Shown: positions 1 through 8,609 of the stretch, in pieces
How positions within the stretch are numbered: position 1 is the stretch's first letter
Layout: the number at the start of each line of letters is the position of its first letter
Assembly: GCA_963663165.1 (NCBI GenBank)
Contig: OY760175.1
Location: 6,677,035-6,741,034, forward strand
Source: an uncultured Desulfospira sp.
Lineage (GTDB): Bacteria > Desulfobacterota > Desulfobacteria > Desulfobacterales > Desulfobacteraceae
DNA: 64,000 nt
Reading direction: 5' to 3'
Notes under the pieces: generated by a model
Database searches by the model: none
Seen by the model: the letters and a program-made list of their open reading frames with translations, nothing else
Told to the model about the DNA's origin: nothing
Program-made: the position numbers and the translations under genes

Positions 1-61
1 GCCCGGGAAAAAAGACAAGCCCCGGTATCTGATGGACTGGTTAAAGGAGATATTTAAATGA
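1..61 (+). CDS. 3' end of an upstream gene, probably penicillin-binding protein 1B (partial)
   Basis: Frame from position 2 reads PGKKDKPRYLMDWLKEIFK* and overlaps the next ATG (ATGA). The 'WxKxxF' tail resembles PBP1B C-termini and the next gene is LpoP-like. Confidence 0.45.
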   Translation, partial: PGKKDKPRYLMDWLKEIFK

Positions 62-645
62 AATACGGATTTTTTTCCAGGACGGCCTTTATCTTACCGG
101 CCCTGTTTTTATTTGCCTGTGCCCAGCCCCGTCCGTCAAACGTGCCCAGGTCCTATATCCCACCGGACAATATCCCCCGGATTGAAACGCCCGGCACCCC
201 GTCAACACCTGAACCATCAGATTCTACCTCTCAAACTGCGGCACCTGAGGCGCCTTTAAAGTCCTCGGCACCGGATTCTTCCATGACGGTGGCATCCTAT
301 TTCCCCTCTGCGCCTGCGGTGGAAAAAAAACGGCCACAGGTTTTAAGATCAATGATTGACAGGGCCAACACCCAGATCAGACAAGGCCAGCCCGCCCAGG
401 CTTTCCAGACCCTGGAGCGCGCCCTTTCCATAGACGGCCAGGACCCGTTGGTCTGGCATCTGATGGCCAAGGCCCAGCAGGATCAAGGCCAGTACGGACA
501 GGCCAAGTCCCTGGCCGAAAAATCCAATACCCTGGCCGGGAGCGATTCATCTTTAAAGAAAAAAAACTGGCAGATCATTGCCCAGGCCCTGGACAAACAG
601 GGAAAGTTCCAAGAGGCTGAACAGGCAAGGCTCAGGGCCCGTTAA
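58..645 (+). CDS. TPR-repeat lipoprotein, LpoP-like PBP1B activator
   Basis: Lipobox-like LFAC, long Pro/Ser-rich linker, C-terminal TPRs (AFQTLERALSID...LVWHLMAK). Confidence 0.7.
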   Translation: MKYGFFSRTAFILPALFLFACAQPRPSNVPRSYIPPDNIPRIETPGTPSTPEPSDSTSQTAAPEAPLKSSAPDSSMTVASYFPSAPAVEKKRPQVLRSMIDRANTQIRQGQPAQAFQTLERALSIDGQDPLVWHLMAKAQQDQGQYGQAKSLAEKSNTLAGSDSSLKKKNWQIIAQALDKQGKFQEAEQARLRAR

Positions 646-678
646 CCCATTAACATTAAATATTGAAGGGAGAGCATC

Positions 679-942
679 ATGGGAAACATCAGTGAAATTG
701 ACATGCGCGTCATCAAGATCAAATTGATTGACGGGACCCAGATTAATGCTTCCATCAATCTGAACAGGGAACCGGGGTATGACCGGTTAAGCGATATTGT
801 GGCCAGCAGCAGAGAACCGTTTTTAATCGTGTTCAACGGAACGTCTTACCATAAAGAATTTGACCACCCCGTCCACCACGACACCCTGTTTGTGAACAAA
901 GACCACATCTTATGGGCATCGCCGGACGATACCGCGAAATGA
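679..942 (+). CDS. Small hypothetical protein
   Basis: 87-aa ORF with GGAG RBS; no recognisable catalytic motif. Confidence 0.7.
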   Translation: MGNISEIDMRVIKIKLIDGTQINASINLNREPGYDRLSDIVASSREPFLIVFNGTSYHKEFDHPVHHDTLFVNKDHILWASPDDTAK

Positions 943-1189
943 TCCCTGTGGGCCGATAACTATTGGACAAATTTATATTTTTCCTTTAGGGTAGGCGTCA
1001 ATTGTAATGAGGCATATGTTCATACAGGGGCCTTTCAACGGTCCCTATCCTGGCCGGATACCGGCCCGGGGAGCTGTCTATCAGGCAATTTACAATGGTT
1101 AATGCCCGGTTTACCGGGAAAAATTTAAAAAAAATCCCGGAAGCCTCCGGGGCAACGGATACGGCAGGACAGCCGGTCCGAAAAGGAAA

Positions 1190-1720
1190 ATGCTTATGAC
1201 TGAAGCAATCAAATCAGGGGACACCATTGCAGTGGATTACACTGGCAAACTTGAAAACGGAGAAGTGTTTGATACATCCGAAGGCAGGGACCCCCTGGTA
1301 TTTACGGTTGGATCGGGAATGCTGATCAAGGGCTTTGACGAGGCCGTCATCGGAATGAAAACCGGGGACTCCAAAACCGTTAACATTCCGCCGGAAATGG
1401 GGTACGGCCCCAGAGATGAAAATGCCATGGTGGAACTTCCCCGGAATCAGTTTCCCGATGATTTTCCCATGGCCGAAGGGCAGCAGCTCCAGCTTCAGGA
1501 CCCCACCGGACGGCCTGTGCCGGCAAAGATCGTCAGCTTTACCGACGATACGGTAAAAATGGACGTCAATCATTTCCTGGCCGGCAAGACCCTGACCTTT
1601 GACATCACCATCGCAAAGACCGGCGTCACCCCGCCGGCCTCGAGCTGCGGCAGCTGCGGTACCAATGACTGCTGCTCAAGCTGCTCAGGCGCCCCAGGCG
1701 GCTGCGGCACGGATTCATAA
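1190..1720 (+). CDS. slyD: FKBP-type peptidyl-prolyl isomerase SlyD
   Basis: VDYTGKLENGEVFDTS, GFDEAVIGM, DVNHFLAGKTLTF motifs; Cys-rich C-terminal tail. Confidence 0.92.
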   Translation: MLMTEAIKSGDTIAVDYTGKLENGEVFDTSEGRDPLVFTVGSGMLIKGFDEAVIGMKTGDSKTVNIPPEMGYGPRDENAMVELPRNQFPDDFPMAEGQQLQLQDPTGRPVPAKIVSFTDDTVKMDVNHFLAGKTLTFDITIAKTGVTPPASSCGSCGTNDCCSSCSGAPGGCGTDS

Positions 1721-1739
1721 GCCGCTGCCCGGTCAATGT

Positions 1740-1834
1740 TTATATGAAAGTCTCACTAACAAGCTGAAAAGACTATCATTTTTCGTTATGGGCGGTGCTT
1801 GGTTGGATAACCAAGGCGGCCCGTGGCCGTTATA
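1740..1834 (+). repeat. Modular two-hairpin repeat, copy 1 (solo)
   Basis: ttatatgaaagtct...agactatc-attttc-gttatgggc...gcccgtggccgttata; matches 11 other copies. Confidence 0.9.
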
Positions 1835-1841
1835 TCATAAG

Positions 1842-1878
1842 GCCCGGAATCCTTAACCAGGGTTCCGGGCTTTTTTTA
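1842..1878 (+). terminator. Intrinsic terminator downstream of slyD
   Basis: gcccggaa...ttccgggc stem followed by a T run. Confidence 0.75.
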
Positions 1879-1887
1879 TTTCAAATA

Positions 1888-1948
1888 GTCCTGTTCAGGC
1901 ATTGAAAGCGTGAAAATGAGCGAAGATGAGGCACTGCTGAACCGTTAC
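1888..1948. mobile_element. Partial copy of the GTAAC-ended MITE
   Basis: 1915-1948 is the reverse complement of 4707-4740 with 2 mismatches. Confidence 0.65.
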
Positions 1949-2149
1949 AACGCCTCTTTAACCGACAAGCCTAAACCCAAATCGCCAGCTAAATTAATAT
2001 GCTTTCCCTGGAACGTCACTGTCCTAGGAGTTGCCCCAGATTTTTCTTGCACGGCCCAGTCATAGCCGGTATAAGTTCACCATAAAAAAAACGAGTTGAA
2101 CCGATCCGAAGCAAAATCCGGTTAACCTTTTTCAAAAGGGGTTGGACTT

Positions 2150-4681
2150 ATGCGAAAAACAAGTTTTATCCTTGTCTTTACGGTTGTCTTTCACCAGTTT
2201 CTGTTAATGGCGGCGTGGCCGTCAACCGGAGTGGTCCTGGTGGATTTCGGGCCGGCACAGGCGCAAAACAGCTTTGGCCTGCCGGGGTGGGACAGCGTTA
2301 AGACGGATATTTATACACTGAATGTGGATATCGGCCCCGGGGGAACATCCATATCAGTGGGAGATAACGAAGCCTACAACTATCAGCAGGTCAGCGGCGG
2401 CGACCGGGCCTATGCCCAGGGAGATATCATCCGGGTCACCTGGTACAATGATTCAGCAGCAGAGGTCTCCTTTACCCCGAAAATCAGTTTCAATGATCCG
2501 GACAGGCCGATCAGTGGCGCTGAAGGGGACTGGTATGACATGGGAACCACGGTCGTCGGCCCCTACGGAACCGCTTTCTCCGAGTACACGGTCACCGGGG
2601 GTTCCGCCGGGATTTACAGCCTGGTCAATGTAAACGTTAATTACCAGAACCATCAGGCTTTAATCTGCGATAAGATAGAGCTCATTTCTGCCCAGGACAT
2701 GTTCCGTGTGACCGTGGAAAAGTCCGGTGACGGCAGCGGAATAGTGACCAGCGAACCGTCAGGCCTGGACTGCGGTGCCCTGTGCAGTGAAAGTTTTTTT
2801 CCAGGCCTGGTTGTTGAACTGGCGGCAAGCGCTTTTGAGGGATCCAAATTTTCCGGCTGGAGCGGGGATTGCAACGGGGATTGCAGCGGGGAACAGACCT
2901 GCCGCCTGATCCTGGATGATGATAAAACCATAAACGCCCAGTTTACCGGCGGCCTTCCCATTGCCGATTTCCAGGTGGATCAGGCCATGGGCACCGCCCC
3001 GTTTACCGCCGTGTTCACGGACAATTCTTCCAACGACCCGGAAAGCCTGCAATGGGATTTCAACAATGACGGCATCATTGACGCCACTGGGCAAAATCCC
3101 TTTTTTCAATACACTGAACCGGGTGTCTACACCGTTTCCCTGACTGCCGCCAATGCCCTGGGAAGCCATACAACAATCAAAAAATATTTGATAACTGTCA
3201 TGGACCACGAAGGCGGCACCGTCTATGAAATCGGTCCTGAAAAGCCATACGATTCAACCCATGATGTGGCGCTGTGGCAGTTAACGGCAGGGGATGTGGT
3301 CCGGATATATGCCAAACCGGACCGGGAACCCTACAGGGAAAAATTTATTGCCGCCGGAACCGGAACGTCCTCCAATCCCATCCGCATCATCGGCATCCCG
3401 GACGATGATGGGAACAAACCCGTTTTTTACGGTTATAATGCCGTGGACAATCCAAACTACGGCAACTATTACTGGAATGAGGACCGCCAGGTCATCCTGA
3501 TCGGGCAGTACGGTTCAAAATCCGCTGAGCATTTGATTCTGGAAGGCTTTGAGGTTCACGGCGCCGTTTATGGCGATTCCTACACCGACGATGCCGGCCA
3601 GGCCTGTTATTATGCTTCCAATGCCAGCGGTATCCGGGTGTCCGTAGGCACAGTGACCATCAAAGATTGCGAAGTCCACGGCAATGAAAACGGTATTTTT
3701 TCTTCCAACACGGACAACCTGCTCATTGAAGGCTGCGCCGTTTATGACAACGGGGTCCATACCAGTTCCTATCTGCAGCACAACCTTTATCTTGGCGGCG
3801 GCGCCCAAAGCCTTGTCACGGTCCAGTATTGTCACATCAAAGATCTGTTGAACAGCGGGCAACAGGCCAAATTCAGGGCCGAAACCCTGATTTTCAGGTA
3901 CAACTGGGTGGAAGGCGGCAAAAACAGCGTGCTTGATCTGGTGGAGGATGCCGGCAACGGTGTTTCCAATGCCTATGTTTATGGCAATATCCTCATCAAA
4001 CCCGCCTATGCCGATAATGGCAGAATGATTCATTTTGGCGGAGATCAATATGATGCCGACCGGACCGGCACCCTGTTTTTTTTCAACAATACCTGCGTTG
4101 TGAAAACCACCAACCGGAATGTATATCTGTTTCAAATCACAGAAGACAGGGCCAATGTTATTGCGGACAACAACATTTTTTATCAGCCCCCCCACATTCC
4201 CACCTCCCTTTATTTATATGATACCAGCCGGGAACCCAACCTTACCGGAGAAAACAACTGGGTGCCGGACGACACCCTTGGAACCAGCCTCTTATCTTCA
4301 AGCCTGTCCGGCGAGGACCCGGGATTTGAGGATGCCGGAAATGACGATTATCATCTGGCAGAAGAATCCCCGGCAAAGGACATTGTTGAGGACTATACAT
4401 TCCCGGACGCAATGGTGCCTGACCGGCAATACGTGATGCACCAGGCGTCTGAGCCCCGCCCTGATGACGGCCGGCTGGATCTGGGGGCATATGAATCAGC
4501 GGGCTCGTCTTGTCCGGGGGATCTGGATCATAACGGCCGTGTAGATGCCTTTGATCTCATCCTGCTGGTGGCTGATTTCGGCAAAACCAGTGCCGTTGAA
4601 GATGTTGACGGTGACAACGATATGGATGGAAAGGATCTGTACCAGATGGCTGCCGGATTTAACCAGGCGTGTCCCCCCTGA
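2150..4681 (+). CDS. Secreted multidomain protein: repeat domain, PKD domain, parallel beta-helix, C-terminal dockerin/EF-hand-like tail
   Basis: Signal peptide; 'GSGIVTSEPSGLDCG...FSGWSGDC' repeat; PKD 'WDFNNDG...YTEPGVYTVSLTA'; beta-helix repeats; 'GDLDHNGRVDAFDL...DVDGDNDMDGKDL'. Confidence 0.8.
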   Translation: MRKTSFILVFTVVFHQFLLMAAWPSTGVVLVDFGPAQAQNSFGLPGWDSVKTDIYTLNVDIGPGGTSISVGDNEAYNYQQVSGGDRAYAQGDIIRVTWYNDSAAEVSFTPKISFNDPDRPISGAEGDWYDMGTTVVGPYGTAFSEYTVTGGSAGIYSLVNVNVNYQNHQALICDKIELISAQDMFRVTVEKSGDGSGIVTSEPSGLDCGALCSESFFPGLVVELAASAFEGSKFSGWSGDCNGDCSGEQTCRLILDDDKTINAQFTGGLPIADFQVDQAMGTAPFTAVFTDNSSNDPESLQWDFNNDGIIDATGQNPFFQYTEPGVYTVSLTAANALGSHTTIKKYLITVMDHEGGTVYEIGPEKPYDSTHDVALWQLTAGDVVRIYAKPDREPYREKFIAAGTGTSSNPIRIIGIPDDDGNKPVFYGYNAVDNPNYGNYYWNEDRQVILIGQYGSKSAEHLILEGFEVHGAVYGDSYTDDAGQACYYASNASGIRVSVGTVTIKDCEVHGNENGIFSSNTDNLLIEGCAVYDNGVHTSSYLQHNLYLGGGAQSLVTVQYCHIKDLLNSGQQAKFRAETLIFRYNWVEGGKNSVLDLVEDAGNGVSNAYVYGNILIKPAYADNGRMIHFGGDQYDADRTGTLFFFNNTCVVKTTNRNVYLFQITEDRANVIADNNIFYQPPHIPTSLYLYDTSREPNLTGENNWVPDDTLGTSLLSSSLSGEDPGFEDAGNDDYHLAEESPAKDIVEDYTFPDAMVPDRQYVMHQASEPRPDDGRLDLGAYESAGSSCPGDLDHNGRVDAFDLILLVADFGKTSAVEDVDGDNDMDGKDLYQMAAGFNQACPP

Positions 4682-4706
4682 TACCGGACTTTTTTCTATG
4701 AAAATT

Positions 4707-4858
4707 GTAACTGTTCAGCAGTGCCCCATCTTCGCTCATTCAGGCCTTCTCACATAGCAAAAGTATGCTACGAAGTCCTGACTAAACAAATATGAAGCAC
4801 TGATGAACAGTTACGGACCCTGGTTTTGCTTAGTTTTCAGCATTAGCTGAATAGTTAC
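4707..4858. mobile_element. MITE-like element with 13-bp TIRs and an 8-bp target-site duplication
   Basis: Ends GTAACTGTTCAGC / GCTGAATAGTTAC (1 mismatch), flanked by direct TGAAAATT at 4699-4706 and 4859-4866; extra internal end at 4797-4814. Confidence 0.75.
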
Positions 4859-4866
4859 TGAAAATT

Positions 4867-5394
4867 TTATATGAAAGTCTCACTAACATCCTGCGAAGAC
4901 TTTCATTTTTTGTTGTGGACGATTCTTGGTTGGATAATCCAAGCCGTCCGTGACGGTTTTATATGAAAGTCTGACTAACTACCCGTAAAGACTTTCAATA
5001 TTTGTTGTGGGCGGTGCTTGGTTGGATAACCAAGACGGCCCGTGGCCGTTATAAGAAACTGGAGACAAGAAACAAGAGACAAGAGGGCGAAGCACCTGCG
5101 GTGCCCAATTTATAGTCTACCGTTGCTGGTATCTTCAGTTTCATTATTCGTTGTGGGCTTGTGGCCCGTGGCCGTTATATGAAAGACTCAGCAACCTTTT
5201 GAGTTCTTTCAATATTTGTTGTGGGCGGTTCTGGGTTGGATAACCAAGGCGGCCCGTGGCCGTTTATAAGAAACTGGAGACAAGAAACAAGAGACAAGAG
5301 GGCGAAGTACCTGCGGTTCCCAATTTATAGTCTACCGTTGCTGGTATCTTCAGTTTCATTATTCGTTGTGGGCTTGTGGCCCATGGCAGTTATA
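4867..5394 (+). repeat. Tandem array of five modular two-hairpin repeat units (copies 2-6)
   Basis: Units start at TTATA 4867, 4959, 5049, 5175, 5264 and the array ends at TTATA 5390-5394; hairpin-1 order is short, short, long, short, long. Confidence 0.92.
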
Positions 5395-5517
5395 TAAATA
5401 ATTGGATTCAATCTTTGTTAAATCGTACTGAATTCATTTGGCGATTACGCTTTGGGCCTCTGAAAAAACTTCATTGGCTGGTATTCCAGGACGTAGCCCT
5501 TGCTGATATTCTTTATT

Positions 5518-5742
5518 TATTCCTTGCATCATAAGCTGTTTGATAAGGGCGCATTCTCCTTGGGGTATGATCATACCATCCTTGTCTCGGAAGAGGTGAG
5601 TGGGGCTACCGGTTTGAATGAACAGTTGCTGAAATTTCATGGCAAAAAATTAGCAAGGCCCATTCGTGATTCTTATAAGGTTTGCGAAGATTCTATTGCA
5701 TGGCACAATAATGAAGTTTTATATGGGGATTTTCGTGAATAA
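5518..5742 (+). pseudogene. C-terminal fragment of an HNH restriction endonuclease
   Basis: SLHHKLFDKGAF...FHGKKL...IAWHNNEV resembles the end of HNH restriction nucleases; N-terminal part absent. Confidence 0.55.
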
Positions 5743-5777
5743 CCATAAAACCATCCGGCAAAGCGACTTCATCCAAA

Positions 5778-5834
5778 TACAGTCCAGATAAGGAACATTG
5801 CGAGGCTGATTTTAAAACCAAAAGGAAACGATGA
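5778..5834 (+). pseudogene. 3' remnant of a DUF4258-type toxin gene
   Basis: YSPDKEHCEADFKTKRKR* overlapping (ATGA) a YgiT-type zinc-finger gene, the usual pairing. Confidence 0.45.
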
Positions 5835-6075
5835 ATTCTACTATTGATCAATGTCCGGTTTGCGGAGGCAAAAAAAAGCATGGGACTACGACGTTTACTG
5901 TAGATCTGGAGTCAACCCTGGTCGTTATTAAAAAAGTTCCGGCGACGATTTGTGCCCTGTGTGGTCATGAGTGGCTGTCCCCGATGATACGGTTAAGGCC
6001 ATTGAGCATATTGTCCAAGAAGCAAAAAATGAATATCGGATGGTTGAGGTGAGCCAGTACAGGGAAATTGCATAA
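5831..6075 (+). pseudogene. YgiT/MqsA-type zinc-finger antitoxin, frameshifted
   Basis: CPVCGG...VPATICALCGHEW; after ctgtccccgat (~5980) the natural tail DDTVKAIEHIV...EVSQYREIA* continues in another frame. Confidence 0.7.
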
Positions 6076-6145
6076 TTCCCCATGATGCATTCTAACAGTT
6101 GGGCGGTCGCCTTGGTCTGGGTTAGGTCATCCTGGCGTTGAAGAT

Positions 6146-6425
6146 TCATGCTAAACCGGACCGTATTTCATCTATTGCCTTTGGCAGCGCTTCAACCAGG
6201 TACAGGGGCAGGGACAGCAGGGTGTAATTGGCGGTTTCGATGCCAGCTGCCGTGTTGATCTGGTGGGAAAAATCCTGGAGGCTGTGGGGATTTAAGTCAA
6301 ATCTGACGGCAAGAGGAATGCCCTTTTGGGTGACAAACTGCTGGAGGGACTTTAAAGCGCCGCTTTTTCCTGATTTCACCTCTACCGGGATGATCAGCGG
6401 ACCATGGGAGATAACGTAATCTACC
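6146..6425 (-). pseudogene. C-terminal fragment of an AAA/DUF4143-type ATP-binding protein
   Basis: VDYVISHGPLIIPVEVKSGKSGALKSL...LLSLPLYLVE; no N-terminal ATPase domain. Confidence 0.65.
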
Positions 6426-6560
6426 TTATTGGTTTTTGAACTCTCTGGGTTCCATAAAAAAGACTTTATGAAAAAAGGATCGCGAAATCAAGGTGGTAAA
6501 AAATTACCTGTCCTAATTTCATCATAAGGGCCTTTGGCAACGGCAGAAATGGCTTAACAG

Positions 6561-6617
6561 TTGAAAACACCCCCGTATTTTATGGTGTTAGATATTAAAA
6601 TACGGGGGTGTTTTCAA
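6561..6617. repeat. Perfect 22-bp inverted repeat
   Basis: ttgaaaacacccccgtatttta / taaaatacgggggtgttttcaa with a 13-nt spacer. Confidence 0.85.
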
Positions 6618-6777
6618 GAGTTGATATATCTAATGGCTTTCGGTTACAATCTTTATTTGAAAACAAAGCGTGAAAAATGGTAAGGATGGAACCTGTTCTT
6701 GAAAAGTGATACGTTGCCTTGATTCAAACGGTGGGGCAAAAACAGGTTATAATTTTGTTTTAAAAAAGGACAAGAAG

Positions 6778-7836
6778 ATGAGTGTTACCCTCAAAACAAT
6801 AAGAACGGTCTGCCTGGCTTTGGCGGTGATGGTTGCCGCAGGCCTGGTGGCCGCGTCCCAGGGATTTGCCGGCGATAAGACCTACCATATCCGGTTCAGT
6901 ACCTGGCATGTGCCCACAGGCGCTGATGTGCAGAAGCTGTGGATTCCCGTACTCGAAGAAATGAAAAAGAAAAGCAACGGCCGCCTGACCTATACCATGT
7001 ATGCCGGCGGCGCCTTAGGGAAAGGCCCGGACCATTACGATATTGTTAAAACCGGATTGTCCGACATGGGGTACGCCACCTTGAGCTGGACTCCGGGCCG
7101 GTTCCCCTTGTCCGATACCCTGTCCGCGCCGGTGACCTGTCCGTCCAAGATCAAGGCATCCATTGCCGGCAGGGCCATGTATGATAAAATTTTGAGCCCT
7201 GAATTTAAGGGGATCCATGTGCTTGAAATCAACAATTGTGTCATGGCCCATTTGTGGACCACCAAACCGGTCCGGACCATGGAAGACCTTAAGGGGATGA
7301 AGATCAGGAGTCCGGGCGGCCTTCAGACCAAGGCCATTCAGGCCCTGGGCGCTACCCCGGTATTCATGCCTTTGGGGGATGTGTACCTGTCCATGGAAAC
7401 CGGTGTGATTGACGGTGTGGTGACCTGTCCGGCCCTGGTCCGGGCCTTTAAGTTGCATGAGGTTTCCAAATACTGTGTTCCCACCTCCTTTGGCTGCGTA
7501 TCAGAAGGGCTGTTCATGAACCAGAAATTTTACGATAAACTGCCCGATGACCTTAAGGCCATTGTGGATGACGTGGGCGGCAATGCCTATCAGGTTGCCG
7601 GGATGTTTGACGAAACCTGGTACAACTTTGTCATGGCCCAGATCAGAAAAACCGTCAAGGTCGACCCCCTGTCTGCAGACGAACAGGCCCGCTGGGACAA
7701 TGCCTTTAGGGACATGCTGGTGAACTGGTCCGATGAGCTTGAGAAAAAGGGCCTGCCCGCCCGGAAGGCCTTGACCATGTTTAAGGAGGAACTGGGTAAG
7801 GTAGGGGTGGATTTTAATGCATGTCCGGAGTTTTAA
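6778..7836 (+). CDS. dctP: TRAP transporter substrate-binding protein (DctP family)
   Basis: Signal peptide; EDLKGMKIRSPG, LGATPVFMP...LSMETGVIDG; ATG 6778 preferred over GTG 6706. Confidence 0.9.
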   Translation: MSVTLKTIRTVCLALAVMVAAGLVAASQGFAGDKTYHIRFSTWHVPTGADVQKLWIPVLEEMKKKSNGRLTYTMYAGGALGKGPDHYDIVKTGLSDMGYATLSWTPGRFPLSDTLSAPVTCPSKIKASIAGRAMYDKILSPEFKGIHVLEINNCVMAHLWTTKPVRTMEDLKGMKIRSPGGLQTKAIQALGATPVFMPLGDVYLSMETGVIDGVVTCPALVRAFKLHEVSKYCVPTSFGCVSEGLFMNQKFYDKLPDDLKAIVDDVGGNAYQVAGMFDETWYNFVMAQIRKTVKVDPLSADEQARWDNAFRDMLVNWSDELEKKGLPARKALTMFKEELGKVGVDFNACPEF

Positions 7837-7912
7837 AAGGATGAGGGATGAAGGATGAAAGGGGACCTCATTCCTTTTAGTCTGACCCCTTAACCCAACA
7901 GGGATATTTAAA

Positions 7913-8473
7913 ATGGATCGGATGGCTGGCTTTGTTGCGGCCTTTAAGGTTTTTGTGGAAAAATTGGCCCGGATGGCCCTTTACCTTGGCATGGGCTGGG
8001 TCCTGGTGATGATGCTGGTGACCACGGTGGATGTGGCCGGCCGGTATTTTTTGTCCAAACCCCTGCCCGGGGCCATTGAACTCGGGCAGATCATGCTGGC
8101 GGTGTTCGGCATCCTGGGCATGGCCTATACCCATTTTTCCGGGGCCAATGTCCGGGTGACCATGTTTACCCGGCTGTTCGGGCCAAGGGTTCAAAGCGCA
8201 TTGGAGGTCCTGGCCGGTGTCCTTTGCCTTCAGGTCATGCTCATGCTCACCTGGTACGGCGGCGTGACCGCCATGGAAGAGCTTGCCGCCGGCACCACCA
8301 CGGACCAGTTGAAAATACCCATTTATCCCCTGTACTGGCTTTTGAGCGTGGGCGCAGGCCTTTTAAGCCTTGTGATCCTTTCCCGGATCATGGAAAAGGG
8401 GCTTGAAATAGGAGGCCGGAGACCGGAAACGGGAGACCGGAAGAGAAAGACAGGGGGCGATAGACCGGTTTGA
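7913..8473 (+). CDS. dctQ: TRAP transporter small permease
   Basis: Four TM segments, DVAGRYFLSKPLPGAIEL; position between dctP and dctM. Confidence 0.88.
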   Translation: MDRMAGFVAAFKVFVEKLARMALYLGMGWVLVMMLVTTVDVAGRYFLSKPLPGAIELGQIMLAVFGILGMAYTHFSGANVRVTMFTRLFGPRVQSALEVLAGVLCLQVMLMLTWYGGVTAMEELAAGTTTDQLKIPIYPLYWLLSVGAGLLSLVILSRIMEKGLEIGGRRPETGDRKRKTGGDRPV

Positions 8474-8598
8474 ACTTTTTGAGGCGAGAAAAAAGGGAAA
8501 AGGGATGGCGGATCAAATGCAGCGGGGAGCTGTTTGCCTTTTTTGTCCCCCCGATTGCTGATTTCCGGTTTCCGGCCTCCGGTCTCCGGCCTCCGGTC
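8411..8598. repeat. Inverted pair of imperfect heptamer tracts
   Basis: ggaggccggagaccggaaacgggagaccgg (from 8411) opposite tttccggtttccggcctccggtctccggcctccggtc (8562-8598). Confidence 0.7.
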
Positions 8599-8609
8599 AG
8601 GAATTCTTC

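Noticed and set aside
960..1185. Structured RNA upstream of slyD (also 10870-11070)
   Set aside because: Only short GC hairpins; no recognisable family consensus.
1740..1834. Hammerhead ribozyme, riboswitch or group II intron domain V identity for the modular repeat
   Set aside because: No CUGANGA core, no aptamer consensus I recognise, no domain V catalytic-triad hairpin; positions are not consistently 5' leaders.
4867..5394. CRISPR array interpretation of the tandem repeats
   Set aside because: Units are 90-150 bp, the variable parts recur between loci and form stems, there is no constant 25-45 bp repeat with unique spacers, and no cas genes are present.
6088..6127. attC site (tctAAC...GTTaggt) after the zinc-finger gene
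   Set aside because: Only about 38 nt, with no L-box pairing; too short.
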